38,561 nt of DNA, taken from positions 1 to 38,561 of the forward strand of contig JAJRTR010000072.1 of the NCBI GenBank assembly GCA_024278215.1, read 5' to 3'. The stretch is from a bacterium (GTDB taxonomy: Bacteria > UBP15 > UBA6099 > JAJRTR01). Position 1 is the first letter of the stretch, and each line of letters starts with the position of its first letter. The notes under the pieces are model-generated. The model did no database searches. It was not told where the DNA came from and saw only the letters and a program-made list of their open reading frames with translations. The translations under genes were made by a program, and so were the position numbers. Shown piece by piece: positions 1 to 8,965 of the stretch.

Positions 1-456
1 CCTCGGAAATGATAAATCGGCCTCGCCGATCATGCAGTAATCAAGGTTGGGATTCGCAAGCGCGTGTTCAGGTTGTGTCGTAGGATAAACACCGCCGAAA
101 ACAGTGACTGCGCAGGGGCATACTTCTCGTGCGAGTGCGAGCACAGCGTGGGCGGTGGGGTACAGTTCCGTGCCTCCTACCGAAATGCCGATTAAATCCG
201 GATTGAATTCGGCAACACGCTTTGCTATATCTTCATCAGTCAACCCTATGCGCACTACACCGTCTGCAAAAGGCAGCGCGCTGTCGAAGCCTTCCATCAC
301 CGTATCGAGAATCCGTATTTCATATTTATCCTTTATCGGTGCAGCAAGCGCGGCAAGGCTGAGCGGGGGAACTATCCTTTTTACCGCATTCGCAGCAGGC
401 ATAGTCAGCGGTGGTATCAACAACATTATTTTTTCAATGGTTCTTTTCAATTCCAC
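1..456 (-). CDS. Cobalamin (B12)-binding domain radical SAM protein, N-terminal part (runs off the window start)
   Basis: Not in the ORF track because it has no stop in the window. Manual translation from GTG at 456 gives VELKRTIEKIMLLIPP...PPLSLAALAA...IRILD...NPDLIGIS...VTVFGGVYPTTQPEHAL...DYCMIGEAD, the typical B12-binding N-terminus of class B radical SAM enzymes. Confidence 0.8.
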   Translation of the reverse strand, partial: MELKRTIEKIMLLIPPLTMPAANAVKRIVPPLSLAALAAPIKDKYEIRILDTVMEGFDSALPFADGVVRIGLTDEDIAKRVAEFNPDLIGISVGGTELYPTAHAVLALAREVCPCAVTVFGGVYPTTQPEHALANPNLDYCMIGEADLSFPR

Positions 457-626
457 CTGACTATCCGCTAATTATATTAAGTTGCTGAGAAGTAAATATG
501 TTTGAACTTTATGCAAGGCAGAGCGTATCGGCATAAATATACTGTTCCTTCGCGACCAGTAAATTATACAGTTTTGTTTTTGGATTTTGAAATCAGTTTT
601 AAATAATGACATCTGAAGAGGCAATT

Positions 627-670
627 ATTTCGTTCGACCTCGCTTCGAACATAATTTTGCAATTGGCTCT
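627..670 (-). repeat. Truncated copy (left end only) of palindromic element family A
   Basis: Reverse complement AGAGCCAATTGCAAAATTATGTTCGAAGCGAGGTCGAACGAAAT matches 32741-32784 and the 38356 copy. It lies 3 nt beyond the kinase stop codon. Confidence 0.85.
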
Positions 671-673
671 GAA

Positions 674-3241
674 TTATACGAATTCACCGACGACTTTGAT
701 GAACTGATCCTTGTCGAAAGGTTTCGTGACAATTGACACAGCGCCTGTCTCAGCCGCCGAACGCATGTCCCTTTCTTCAGATGACGCGGAAACAGCAAGA
801 ACAGGAATATGTATTTCTTCAGAAAGCATCTGTTTCCAGACAGTGATCTCGAATTCATCTATTTCCGAATTATCGAGTTCAATGAGAATAAGACTGATAG
901 ATTCCTTATCAAGAACACCGGCGGCGCTGCGCGGGGACTGGGCCGACAACACCCTGTGCGCAGTACCTTCGAAACATTCGACAAGTTCGGTCAGAAAATC
1001 AGGATCGAGTCCTATATAAAGCAGTGTTACAGGACCATTGAAGTAAGGTGCCGGCAATTCTGCCGCATCCATCGCGTCTCCCGAGCGTTTGATGATATGC
1101 GGATCCTGGCCCGGCGCTATGTGCGGCAGAAACACATTGACTTCAGTGCCTTCGCCCTCTATGCTCACTATGTCGATGTCTCCGCTGTGGACATCTACTA
1201 TTTCGTGTACGATAGATAGCCCCAACCCTGTGCCGCCGTACTTGCGTGTACTGGAAGCGTCCGCCTGGAAGAAACGGTCGAACACATGTCCTATATCCGA
1301 TTCGGATATCCCTATACCGTTGTCTTTCACACTGACGATTGCGCCCCGGTCACAGGGTTTTGAACTAATGCTGATTTCCCCACCCTCCGGAGTAAATTTT
1401 ATAGCGTTTTCGATCAGGTTTGTCATCAGCCTGCCGAACATCGCCGGGTCCGCTTGTACTTTTGACGCGTCCTTATGGAATTTTGTGCTGATGCGTAAAC
1501 TTTTACTATTGATATTCTCTTCCAGTCCGTCGAGTGCTTCCGCTGCCGTCTCCTCGATAAGGATTTCCTCGCGTTTGAGCTCGACCCTGCCGGAATCGAT
1601 CTTCGCCAGGTCCAGCAGGTTGGCAATCAGATCGTTGAGTTGCCAACCGCGTCGAAGCATGATATCGAGTTTCTTCTGTAATTTTTCCGATATTTCGCCA
1701 TAGGTTCCACGGCGTGCCATGCTGAGGTTTCCGAGAATGACGGATAGCGGAGTCCTCAGTTCATGAGAAACCATAGACAGGAAGTTCGATTTGACCTCGT
1801 CCAGTTTTCTCAGTTGTTCGACTTCCTTTTCGAGATCGATTGCCTTTCTTCTTTTTTCCTCGATTTTCTTTGCCTCGGTAATATCTACAAAACTCTCGAT
1901 GCAGCCGACAACCTCGCCGTTATTGTCCCTGATGTAATCTGTGTTTTTATTTATAAATATTTTTTGTCCGTCTTTTCTGACGAAAACGCACTCGCGGCCT
2001 GCCACAGGTTTAGCGGAACTGTCGAGGCTGGTTCCGCAACCACCCCATTCCAGGTTGTCGCAGCCCGCGCACTCTTTGTCGCCGCACAGTATCTTAAAAT
2101 ACTTCCCTTTTATTTCATCTTCACAGTAACCTGTAATCCGCTCAGCCATCCGGTTCCATGTAAGGATTTTACCACGGCTGTTAAGTGTATATATACCGCT
2201 TGGAACAGTTTTTATGATTGTTTCGAGTTGGTCGCGACTGGCTCGGAGTTCTTCCTGAAGGCCGATTTTTTCTTCAAGCAGTTTTTTCTCACTTGCCAGT
2301 TGTTTCGCTCTGACACTTGCCCTTATCCCCTTATAAGTGGCAAACATTATCAGCACGACAATCGATATTTCGATGAGCCAGATATTTCGCGAGTGGATAT
2401 TAACCGGTCGCGCAATATCTTTATACGGTGTGGATAGAATAACCGTCCAGGTCCTGTCGTTGATGCTGATCGGCGACATCGCAAAAAGCGTGCCGTCGAT
2501 TTTCACCGTGACGTTCTCTTTGGCCCCGATCATCTCCAGCAGACGTTCTCTCGATCTCTGCGTGAAAAGACCACTGTCCATTAGGTGCTTGCCGAATAGA
2601 CTCCTGTTCGGGTGATAAAGAATGTCTCCGTTTTCGTCTACAAGCCAGGCATAGCCATGCTTTTCAAGTTTTATGCGCCCGACGTATGCTTCGGCGATCT
2701 TCGACATTTTCACTATCGTCGCCACGCTACCGTCGAGCTTGCCATCTTTGAATACAGGCGCATGGACCGCGATAGCGTCGAATCCCTCGATGGCCTTGAA
2801 CATGCCGCTCACTACAAGTTCCTTTGTCCTGAAAAGCTTCTTTACATGCTCCTGGTAACTTATATCCGCATTAAGCCCTTTCGGGTCGATAGGGTACATA
2901 ACCCTGAGCCGGCCCCGCGCGTCCATCCTGTATCCCGCGAAAACTATGTCCTCGTTCTCGAAGAAAAATTCCTGCACGCGGTCGAAGCACTCTTCCGAGT
3001 CAATATCCTGCACCATTGGTGATGCGGCCATCGAGCGCATACTGTTTGTCAGCCGCGTCACCATTCCCTCGATGCCCCTGGACACACCTTCGGCTATTGT
3101 CTGCTGATGTCTTTGAAATTGATCTTCCAGCGATTGCCTGAAAAACGACTGTGCCAGAAAACCATATACAATCAGCGCAACGATCCCAACGAAAGCGAGA
3201 TAAAGAAGCAATTTGTCGGATGTGCTTTTAGAATCGTTCAT
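674..3241 (-). CDS. Membrane-bound hybrid sensor histidine kinase (TM-dCache-TM-PAS-HisKA-HATPase-atypical receiver)
   Basis: Two hydrophobic helices flank a Cache-like region (GYAWLVDENGDILYHP). H-box FLSMVSHELRTPL, N-box NLIENAIKFT, G boxes DNGIGI and GGTGLGL, C-terminal receiver fold ending KPF. Confidence 0.92.
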   Translation of the reverse strand: MNDSKSTSDKLLLYLAFVGIVALIVYGFLAQSFFRQSLEDQFQRHQQTIAEGVSRGIEGMVTRLTNSMRSMAASPMVQDIDSEECFDRVQEFFFENEDIVFAGYRMDARGRLRVMYPIDPKGLNADISYQEHVKKLFRTKELVVSGMFKAIEGFDAIAVHAPVFKDGKLDGSVATIVKMSKIAEAYVGRIKLEKHGYAWLVDENGDILYHPNRSLFGKHLMDSGLFTQRSRERLLEMIGAKENVTVKIDGTLFAMSPISINDRTWTVILSTPYKDIARPVNIHSRNIWLIEISIVVLIMFATYKGIRASVRAKQLASEKKLLEEKIGLQEELRASRDQLETIIKTVPSGIYTLNSRGKILTWNRMAERITGYCEDEIKGKYFKILCGDKECAGCDNLEWGGCGTSLDSSAKPVAGRECVFVRKDGQKIFINKNTDYIRDNNGEVVGCIESFVDITEAKKIEEKRRKAIDLEKEVEQLRKLDEVKSNFLSMVSHELRTPLSVILGNLSMARRGTYGEISEKLQKKLDIMLRRGWQLNDLIANLLDLAKIDSGRVELKREEILIEETAAEALDGLEENINSKSLRISTKFHKDASKVQADPAMFGRLMTNLIENAIKFTPEGGEISISSKPCDRGAIVSVKDNGIGISESDIGHVFDRFFQADASSTRKYGGTGLGLSIVHEIVDVHSGDIDIVSIEGEGTEVNVFLPHIAPGQDPHIIKRSGDAMDAAELPAPYFNGPVTLLYIGLDPDFLTELVECFEGTAHRVLSAQSPRSAAGVLDKESISLILIELDNSEIDEFEITVWKQMLSEEIHIPVLAVSASSEERDMRSAAETGAVSIVTKPFDKDQFIKVVGEFV

Positions 3242-3522
3242 CTAATTCACTTATACGCTTTTCTTAATATGTTCCGGATATTATTACTTCATTATATCTT
3301 AATAGTTTATTTCTTTAAATAACTGGTGTTAATTATTATCATACACCTTTCTCGCCGTAAGCGACAGGTAGTTGTCGACAAAAACCTTACGGAGGAAACC
3401 GGCGCTTCCGGCTTTGCCGGTTCAGACATGCGAAATAAAAGTGGGTTTCGAGTGGACGATAGGATATAATATTCTTACAATGTCGAAATCCTATAAAAAC
3501 AATATTGTGGAGTAGATGGAAT

Positions 3523-4581
3523 ATGAGACCCAGAGAAATATATAACATATTAAGAAAAGACATCATCGGGCAGGATGAAGTCTTGAAATATGTAGCGGTG
3601 GCTATCTTCAAACACGTATGCAACGAACCCTTCGGCAATATCATCATGATCGGAAATTCGGGCACAGGCAAAACGTCTATCATGAGGGCGATGGAACGCA
3701 TGTATGCCGAGTATGATTTTTTCGAAAAGAACCGTGTCGTTGTACGTATGAACGCAAACAGTCTAGCAAACGAGGAAGGCGAGGTCATCACCGGCAAACA
3801 ACTTTTCGAGACTCTGCGCGACCGGGCCGTCCAGCTTCTGGGCAATAACGCGACACCGGAAAAGATAAAGGAATACATGGAACACTCCACGGTGTGTATT
3901 GATGAAATTGATAAGATCACGGCTCGCATAGGCGGCAAACCTAACGTCATCGGCATCAACATCCAGCAGTCGCTTCTTACACTGATGGAAGATGAAGTGA
4001 TTATGTTCGACACGCAGGTATTCGACGGCGAAAAGTACAAACCCATCCAGATGGAAATATCGACAAAGGACATCCTCTTTATATGCGGCGGCGCGTTCGA
4101 GGAACTTTTCGACCAGGTCTACAGCCGTGTTTTCGAGGAAGGCAAACAGGACAAACTTACAAAGATGATGCGCGACGAATCGGGCAACATCTATTTCAAA
4201 CAGATATTCACTCTGAAAGCTAACTTGATGCAGGAAGATATGTTCAAGTACGGCATGATGCCGCAGTTTCTGTCGCGTTTTGACACAACAATTGTTCTCA
4301 ACGACCTCTCGCCGACCGACCTGAAAACTATTTTCATGGACACAAGGGATTCGGTGTTCAAGATTTCAAAACAATTCTTCAAAAGATTCAACATCGAGTT
4401 GAGCATTACGGAAAAGGCGCAGTGGCTTGTGGCGCACAGAGCTTCGCTCCAATCTCGTGTCGGCGCGCGCGCGCTGAAAGATGTTTATAACCGCATTATC
4501 AAGGATTACGAGTTCGACCCGTTCGAGACGGGCAAGGTGGCGAAGCTTGGAGAAAACCAGTTCGAACTGACAGTCACCTAG
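3523..4581 (+). CDS. ClpX/HslU-family AAA+ ATPase, divergent ClpX paralogue
   Basis: IIGQDEV, Walker A GNSGTGKT, Walker B CIDEIDKI, QQSLLTLME, ILFICGGAF, sensor-2 GARAL. Start placed at ATG 3523 downstream of GGAG. Confidence 0.85.
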   Translation: MRPREIYNILRKDIIGQDEVLKYVAVAIFKHVCNEPFGNIIMIGNSGTGKTSIMRAMERMYAEYDFFEKNRVVVRMNANSLANEEGEVITGKQLFETLRDRAVQLLGNNATPEKIKEYMEHSTVCIDEIDKITARIGGKPNVIGINIQQSLLTLMEDEVIMFDTQVFDGEKYKPIQMEISTKDILFICGGAFEELFDQVYSRVFEEGKQDKLTKMMRDESGNIYFKQIFTLKANLMQEDMFKYGMMPQFLSRFDTTIVLNDLSPTDLKTIFMDTRDSVFKISKQFFKRFNIELSITEKAQWLVAHRASLQSRVGARALKDVYNRIIKDYEFDPFETGKVAKLGENQFELTVT

Positions 4582-4644
4582 CGCATGGTCAAGGACGGAC
4601 TGGGCTTGAAGTGAAGATGCAAAGAATTTGACTTTTATTGCTGT

Positions 4645-5328
4645 TCAGCACACACCCATATCCTTCATGCTTGTAAAAGTATCGCCGCCGATAATTATAT
4701 GATCCAGCACCTCTATACCAAGCAGTTTACCGGCATCAATTAGTTTGCGTGTAATTTTCACATCTTCCGCGCTCGGCGCTGCGTCGCCACTCGGGTGATT
4801 GTGTATCAGGACAATAGAATTGCATCCTTCGGTAATCGCCGTCCTGAATGTTTCACGCGGATGAATCAGGGACGCGGTCAGTGTGCCCTGTGTGATAGTC
4901 ACGATCCTGATAACTTCGTTTTTTGTGTTCAGAATAACGGCAAGAAACTTTTCCTGCTTGAGATCGCGAAGTTCGGCTTTTACGAGATCCGCTATATCTT
5001 CAGGGCCGGTGATGCGAGGCCTGCGGATATCGTGCCTGCCCGCGGACCGTCTTCCGAGTTCGAAAGCCGCCGCGATCTGGCAGGCCTTCGCGGTTCCGAT
5101 TCCATTCACTTCCGTCATTGCCCCAACGCCTGCGCCCGCAAGTGCGGAGAGTGAACCAAAATGCGCAAGCATCGAAGAGCCGAGTTCAACAGCAGTGTTT
5201 TTCGATGTGCCGGTGCGCAGTACAATAGCCAGCAGTTCGGCATTCGACAGCGCTTCAGGGCCGTGTGCCTCGAGTCTCTCGCGCGGCCTTTCCTGTTCGG
5301 GCAGGTCTTTTATTCTGTAATGCTCCAT
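4645..5328 (-). CDS. radC: RadC/UPF0758 JAB-domain protein
   Basis: ERPRERL...LSNAELLAIVLRTG N-terminus, HhH GIGTAKA, JAB motif HNHPSGD...S.ED...LDHIIIG. Confidence 0.95.
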   Translation of the reverse strand: MEHYRIKDLPEQERPRERLEAHGPEALSNAELLAIVLRTGTSKNTAVELGSSMLAHFGSLSALAGAGVGAMTEVNGIGTAKACQIAAAFELGRRSAGRHDIRRPRITGPEDIADLVKAELRDLKQEKFLAVILNTKNEVIRIVTITQGTLTASLIHPRETFRTAITEGCNSIVLIHNHPSGDAAPSAEDVKITRKLIDAGKLLGIEVLDHIIIGGDTFTSMKDMGVC

Positions 5329-5475
5329 TTTACGCTCCGGCTCTATGGATTTGAAATCAATGGATAAGTAATAAGTAAATATACATCGGCCTCCGTTCCG
5401 GGTCCAGTGAAGATAGTACTATTGCATGAAAATCTGTAAGATCGAGTCGAAAAAACACATTGACTAAAACAGCAA

Positions 5476-5503
5476 TTGCACTGTGTCCAGGATGCGATAT
5501 AAT
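5476..5503 (+). promoter_or_regulatory. Possible sigma70-type promoter for the binding-protein pair
   Basis: TTGCAC-16 nt-TATAAT, about 80 nt upstream of ATG 5581. Confidence 0.4.
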
Positions 5504-5580
5504 ATTATGATGGGAAACAGGATTGCACTCGGACAGATAAAATATGAGAAACAGGAACCGGCGGAAGGAATGTTAATTAC

Positions 5581-6531
5581 ATGACTGGAATAAAACGAAC
5601 AACCTTTTTTTGTCTCATGATCTTTCTATGTCTGTCGTTGCGGTCGGCAGCGCTCGAAAGGGTGATTGTCGGGCTGCCTGTGATCAAAGGCATGGAAAAA
5701 ACAAGCATGGTCGATCTGTTCACCGATATAGTTAATACGGTGTCCGGAAAGATGGATGTAAAAGCGATTCCGAATATTTTCACTTATGAACATGACGACG
5801 ATGTCGCAAAAATTGTGATGGATAATGTGGAAAGCGGCGACTCGGACATCATTTTCTGGACGGGACAGGATTATTCGGAATATCTCGACACGGGGAAAGA
5901 TACGCTCGTACCGCTTTTTTCACTGACAATGATGGGCAAGACAATTGTCGACAGCTGCATCTATGCCCGAAAGGGAGAGATCAAGAATATTTCTGAGCTT
6001 CGCGGCAAACGATGGGCCGGCACACGGGTCTCACCGACACGCTACCTGCTGTATAAAGAAGGCATCGACGAGCCGGTCGACAAGTTTTTCGGCTCTGTTC
6101 AGTTCAAGTCGGATTCGCCTATAACAAACATAGTCGAGGGGCTCGAAAACAACGAGTACGATGCTTTCACATCTTATGATACATACATAGGCATATCCGG
6201 AATGGACACTAAAAAAGACAAACCGTTCGAGCCGGTGGTCTGCCACGAATACGACAATACGTGGACGTTCATGGCGAGCAAGCGGCTGCCACACGAATTT
6301 ATGGAGAAGTACAGGAAGATCATGCTTAAATCATATAAGGACCCTGACTTCGCTAAATTCAAATTCGCATTTAATATGATCAGAGGCAGGTTCATACCGG
6401 TGAAGAATGATGAAGTGCAAAGAATAAAAAAGATATATGATCTGAGGATTGAAAAAGGCTGGGACAGAGAAGATAAGAAGTTCTGGAAAGAGTATTACAG
6501 TCCGCCGGAAAAGGAAAAAGAAAAAGAATGA
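5581..6531 (+). CDS. Exported PhnD/SsuA-like (type II periplasmic-binding fold) substrate-binding protein, paralogue 1
   Basis: Signal-peptide-like N-terminus, IKNISELRGKRWAG motif typical of PhnD/SsuA-like proteins, co-linear similarity to 6818..7774. Confidence 0.65.
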   Translation: MTGIKRTTFFCLMIFLCLSLRSAALERVIVGLPVIKGMEKTSMVDLFTDIVNTVSGKMDVKAIPNIFTYEHDDDVAKIVMDNVESGDSDIIFWTGQDYSEYLDTGKDTLVPLFSLTMMGKTIVDSCIYARKGEIKNISELRGKRWAGTRVSPTRYLLYKEGIDEPVDKFFGSVQFKSDSPITNIVEGLENNEYDAFTSYDTYIGISGMDTKKDKPFEPVVCHEYDNTWTFMASKRLPHEFMEKYRKIMLKSYKDPDFAKFKFAFNMIRGRFIPVKNDEVQRIKKIYDLRIEKGWDREDKKFWKEYYSPPEKEKEKE

Positions 6532-6586
6532 TATCTGCGGTACGCAGGTTTTGACAGTACGCAGGTTTCACCGATAACGAAGGTCT

Positions 6587-6792
6587 TAACCCGCATATTT
6601 CACCAATGCGGGCCAAAAATCGAGAGAATGCCTGCAATACAAGGCGAGGCAATTGAGTGGTGAGGGAGCAGTCGGCAACGTCGGCCTCTTGCGCAAAAAG
6701 CGAGCATGTGACCGAACCCGAATCGCCACCGCAACGCAGGATAATAGGCGTTATCACGATTTTCCGGATTTCTTTACGAGAAATCCGGGTTA
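6587..6792. mobile_element. MITE-like palindromic element family B, full length (206 bp)
   Basis: Ends TAACCCG...CGGGTTA. Terminal hairpins CCCGCAT-ATTTCACCA-ATGCGGG and CCGGATTTCT-TTACG-AGAAATCCGG. Inverted homologue of identical length at 28802-29007. Confidence 0.85.
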
Positions 6793-6817
6793 ACAGCAAA
6801 TAGGGGCTGGGGAAAAC

Positions 6818-7774
6818 ATGAAAAAAATAATTACAACCGCATTACTTGTCATGGCGATATTCGCAACCGCGACCTACGCGCAGGAAGAGCATGAAAAATA
6901 CATTGTCGGTTTACCCATGCCGGCAGGAATGGAGAAATCCAGCATTGCCGGTTTGCTCAAAGATATCGTCGCGTATGTTGGAGAGTTGCTCGGCGAAGAC
7001 ACGGAAGCAAAAGTGCTCGTGTATGAATACGGGACCGACGTCGCAAAATTTGTTGAAGAAAAAATGGAATCCGGAGAAGTAGATGTCAGCTACCTGCTCG
7101 GCAATGAGTATGCGGCTTATCTTGATTCCGGCAAAAATAATCTGACACCGTTTTTCACACTTTCGATGTCCGGCCAGTCGATCATGCCCACGTGTCTTTT
7201 CGCGGCGAAAGGCAAATACAAAAGTGTCGAAGACCTGCGGGGGCTCAGGTGGGGCGGTGTGTATACCCAGCCGACTCGTTACCTGCTCTACAAAGCAGGC
7301 ATAGACGAGCCTCTGGATAAATTCTTCAGCGAAGTCAAGTTTGTCAGCGACATGCCGGTTACAGGCCAGATAGAGGGATTCGATAACGGCGATTATGATG
7401 TCTTCAACACCTACGATGTAACACTGCGTGTCGCAGGTTACATGAACAAGAAAGACATTTCATTCGAGCCGGTTTCATGCGTCGATTATAATTATTCGTG
7501 GATATTCTTATATCGCGACGGACTCGACGAAAAAGTGATGGAGGAATTCCGTGACCTGATGATAGGTGCGGATAAAGATAAAAGGTTCGCAAAATTTCAT
7601 TTTGCTTTCAAGATGATACAGGGGCGGTTCGGGCCGATAGACTATGATGAACTTGATAAAGTAGTCGATATATATAAATTGGGAAAGAAACATGGCTGGG
7701 ACAAGGAAGAGAAAAAGTACTTCAAAGAACAGTCGAAAATGAAGGCGGGTCATAAAAAATCAGGAGATAGCTGA
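6818..7774 (+). CDS. Exported PhnD/SsuA-like substrate-binding protein, paralogue 2
   Basis: Signal peptide MKKIITTALLVMAIFATATYA. Shares PTRYLLYK.GIDEP.DKFF and FAKF.FAF.MI.GRF with 5581..6531. Confidence 0.65.
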   Translation: MKKIITTALLVMAIFATATYAQEEHEKYIVGLPMPAGMEKSSIAGLLKDIVAYVGELLGEDTEAKVLVYEYGTDVAKFVEEKMESGEVDVSYLLGNEYAAYLDSGKNNLTPFFTLSMSGQSIMPTCLFAAKGKYKSVEDLRGLRWGGVYTQPTRYLLYKAGIDEPLDKFFSEVKFVSDMPVTGQIEGFDNGDYDVFNTYDVTLRVAGYMNKKDISFEPVSCVDYNYSWIFLYRDGLDEKVMEEFRDLMIGADKDKRFAKFHFAFKMIQGRFGPIDYDELDKVVDIYKLGKKHGWDKEEKKYFKEQSKMKAGHKKSGDS

Positions 7775-7833
7775 TAAGGGGAAGTGTGGCGCTTCATTTG
7801 GAGTGCGATGTTGTCACCGTCTTGTTTTGCATA

Positions 7834-7994
7834 TAGTGTCGTATCACACTTTTAAATGTGAAACAAGAGCGCGGACATCGTACCCCACCTCAACTTGTAC
7901 CTGTAAAAACCGTTTTCGCGAGAAATACGCTCAGGCGGGCTGCGGTGCCCCCGCCCTACACTCGATACGTAAAAACAAAGTTGACACGACACTA
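7834..7994. mobile_element. MITE-like element family E carrying a REP doublet
   Basis: Terminal inverted repeats TAGTGTCGTATCA / TGACACGACACTA (12 of 13 match). Same termini at 9134-9271. Confidence 0.7.
7864..7959. repeat. GTAG-type REP doublet (REPIN-like), degenerate copy
   Basis: Inverted homologue of 13988-14083, with the shared spacer AAACCGTTTTCGCGAGAAATA. Ends GGCGGGCTGCGGTGCCCCCGCCCTAC. Confidence 0.8.
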
Positions 7995-8052
7995 TTATCT
8001 CCACAGGTCTGACTTAATAAACCCGGAAAACAAAATATCGAGGTAGACGGAT

Positions 8053-8919
8053 TTGAGAATTGAATCGAGGCATGTCGGCACAAAGCTGAAAGAAAGAATC
8101 GTCGGGATCGAATGGCGCGACACGATGAATTTCGCGGCTGCCGTCGGGGATGATAATCCAGCTTATTTCGACGACGAGCAGAAGAGTGGTGTTGTCGCGC
8201 CACCCATGACGGCGGTTGCCGTCACATGGCCGATCCTCGAGCGTATATGGGAGAATATCGAATCGGACGACTTCCCGACGGAAGTGCTCATGACTCAGGT
8301 TCATTATACGGAACATCTGCGACTCCACAGGTTGATGAAACCCGGCGACAGGCTGACGATCAGCGGAAAGGTAGCGGCGATTGTTCCGCACAGGGCCGGT
8401 ACGCATTGTGTGATACGGCTCGACGCGGTGGACGCGAAAAGAGAAGCGGTGTTCACCGAGCATATAGGCGCACTGCTGCGCGGCGTCGATTGCGAAGGCG
8501 GCGCACGGGGTGATGACGAGTTGCCAGATATGCCTGCCGCCGCCGCGTCCGCAGGCTGCGTATGGAAATCAAAAATTCACATTGATCCGCTGATGCCTTT
8601 TGTATACGATGGCTGCACACGCATATTCTTTCCGATACACACATCCAAACGCTTCGCGCGAAGCGTGGGCCTGCCCGGAATCATTCTACAGGGAACTGCC
8701 ACACTTGCACTGGCGATACGTGAAATAGTCGATAGAGAAGCAGGCGGCGATCCGGCAAAGATCAAAGAAATCGGCTGTCGCTTCACCGGGATGGTGTTGC
8801 CGAATAGCAGCATATATATTATTCTCGAACAGCATGCCCCGGATGGATGCTTACACTTTCACGTGGAATCTAAAAATGGGAATAAAGCAATCAGCGGCGG
8901 CTTCGCTCTGATCGAATAA
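8053..8919 (+). CDS. Double hot-dog MaoC-family (R)-hydratase/dehydratase-like protein
   Basis: N-terminal FAAAVGDDNPAY and VHYTEHLRLHR; C-terminal PIHTSKRFARSVGLPGIILQG and CRFTGMVLP. Confidence 0.8.
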   Translation: MRIESRHVGTKLKERIVGIEWRDTMNFAAAVGDDNPAYFDDEQKSGVVAPPMTAVAVTWPILERIWENIESDDFPTEVLMTQVHYTEHLRLHRLMKPGDRLTISGKVAAIVPHRAGTHCVIRLDAVDAKREAVFTEHIGALLRGVDCEGGARGDDELPDMPAAAASAGCVWKSKIHIDPLMPFVYDGCTRIFFPIHTSKRFARSVGLPGIILQGTATLALAIREIVDREAGGDPAKIKEIGCRFTGMVLPNSSIYIILEQHAPDGCLHFHVESKNGNKAISGGFALIE

Positions 8920-8965
8920 GTCTTCGGCAATGTTACCCGGGGCTTTGTGTTTTTTATCGTAAATC

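Noticed and set aside
104-460. Plus-strand 118-aa ORF
   Set aside because: It is the antisense shadow of the minus-strand B12 radical SAM gene.
3385-3430. Possible riboswitch in the divergent kinase/ClpX-like intergenic region
   Set aside because: Only a small hairpin (CCGGCTTTGCCGG, also present inverted near 21757). No recognisable aptamer consensus.
4579-4581. Genome-wide TAG recoding
   Set aside because: iscS, the SEC-C protein and the receiver gene end at TAG at sensible positions, and no long gene needs TAG read-through.
4645-5328. radC as a marker of a mobile element or anti-defence locus
   Set aside because: It is the full-length chromosomal form with the N-terminal and HhH region, and it has no mobile-element neighbours.
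6540-6568. Direct repeat GTACGCAGGTTT x2 (17-nt period)
   Set aside because: Only two units with a 5-nt spacer. It is not a CRISPR array and has no assignable function.
6392-6799. ORFs sharing peptides such as RISRKEIRK..LRCGGDSGS or PDFSQRNPE (also 27488..27715, 28795..29298, 28797..28994, 34473..34688)
   Set aside because: The similarity comes from translating family B repeat DNA. There is no RBS or coding evidence.
7981-8010. Outward-facing TTGACA in the family E end as a hybrid promoter for the MaoC gene
   Set aside because: No acceptable -10 hexamer 16-18 nt downstream.
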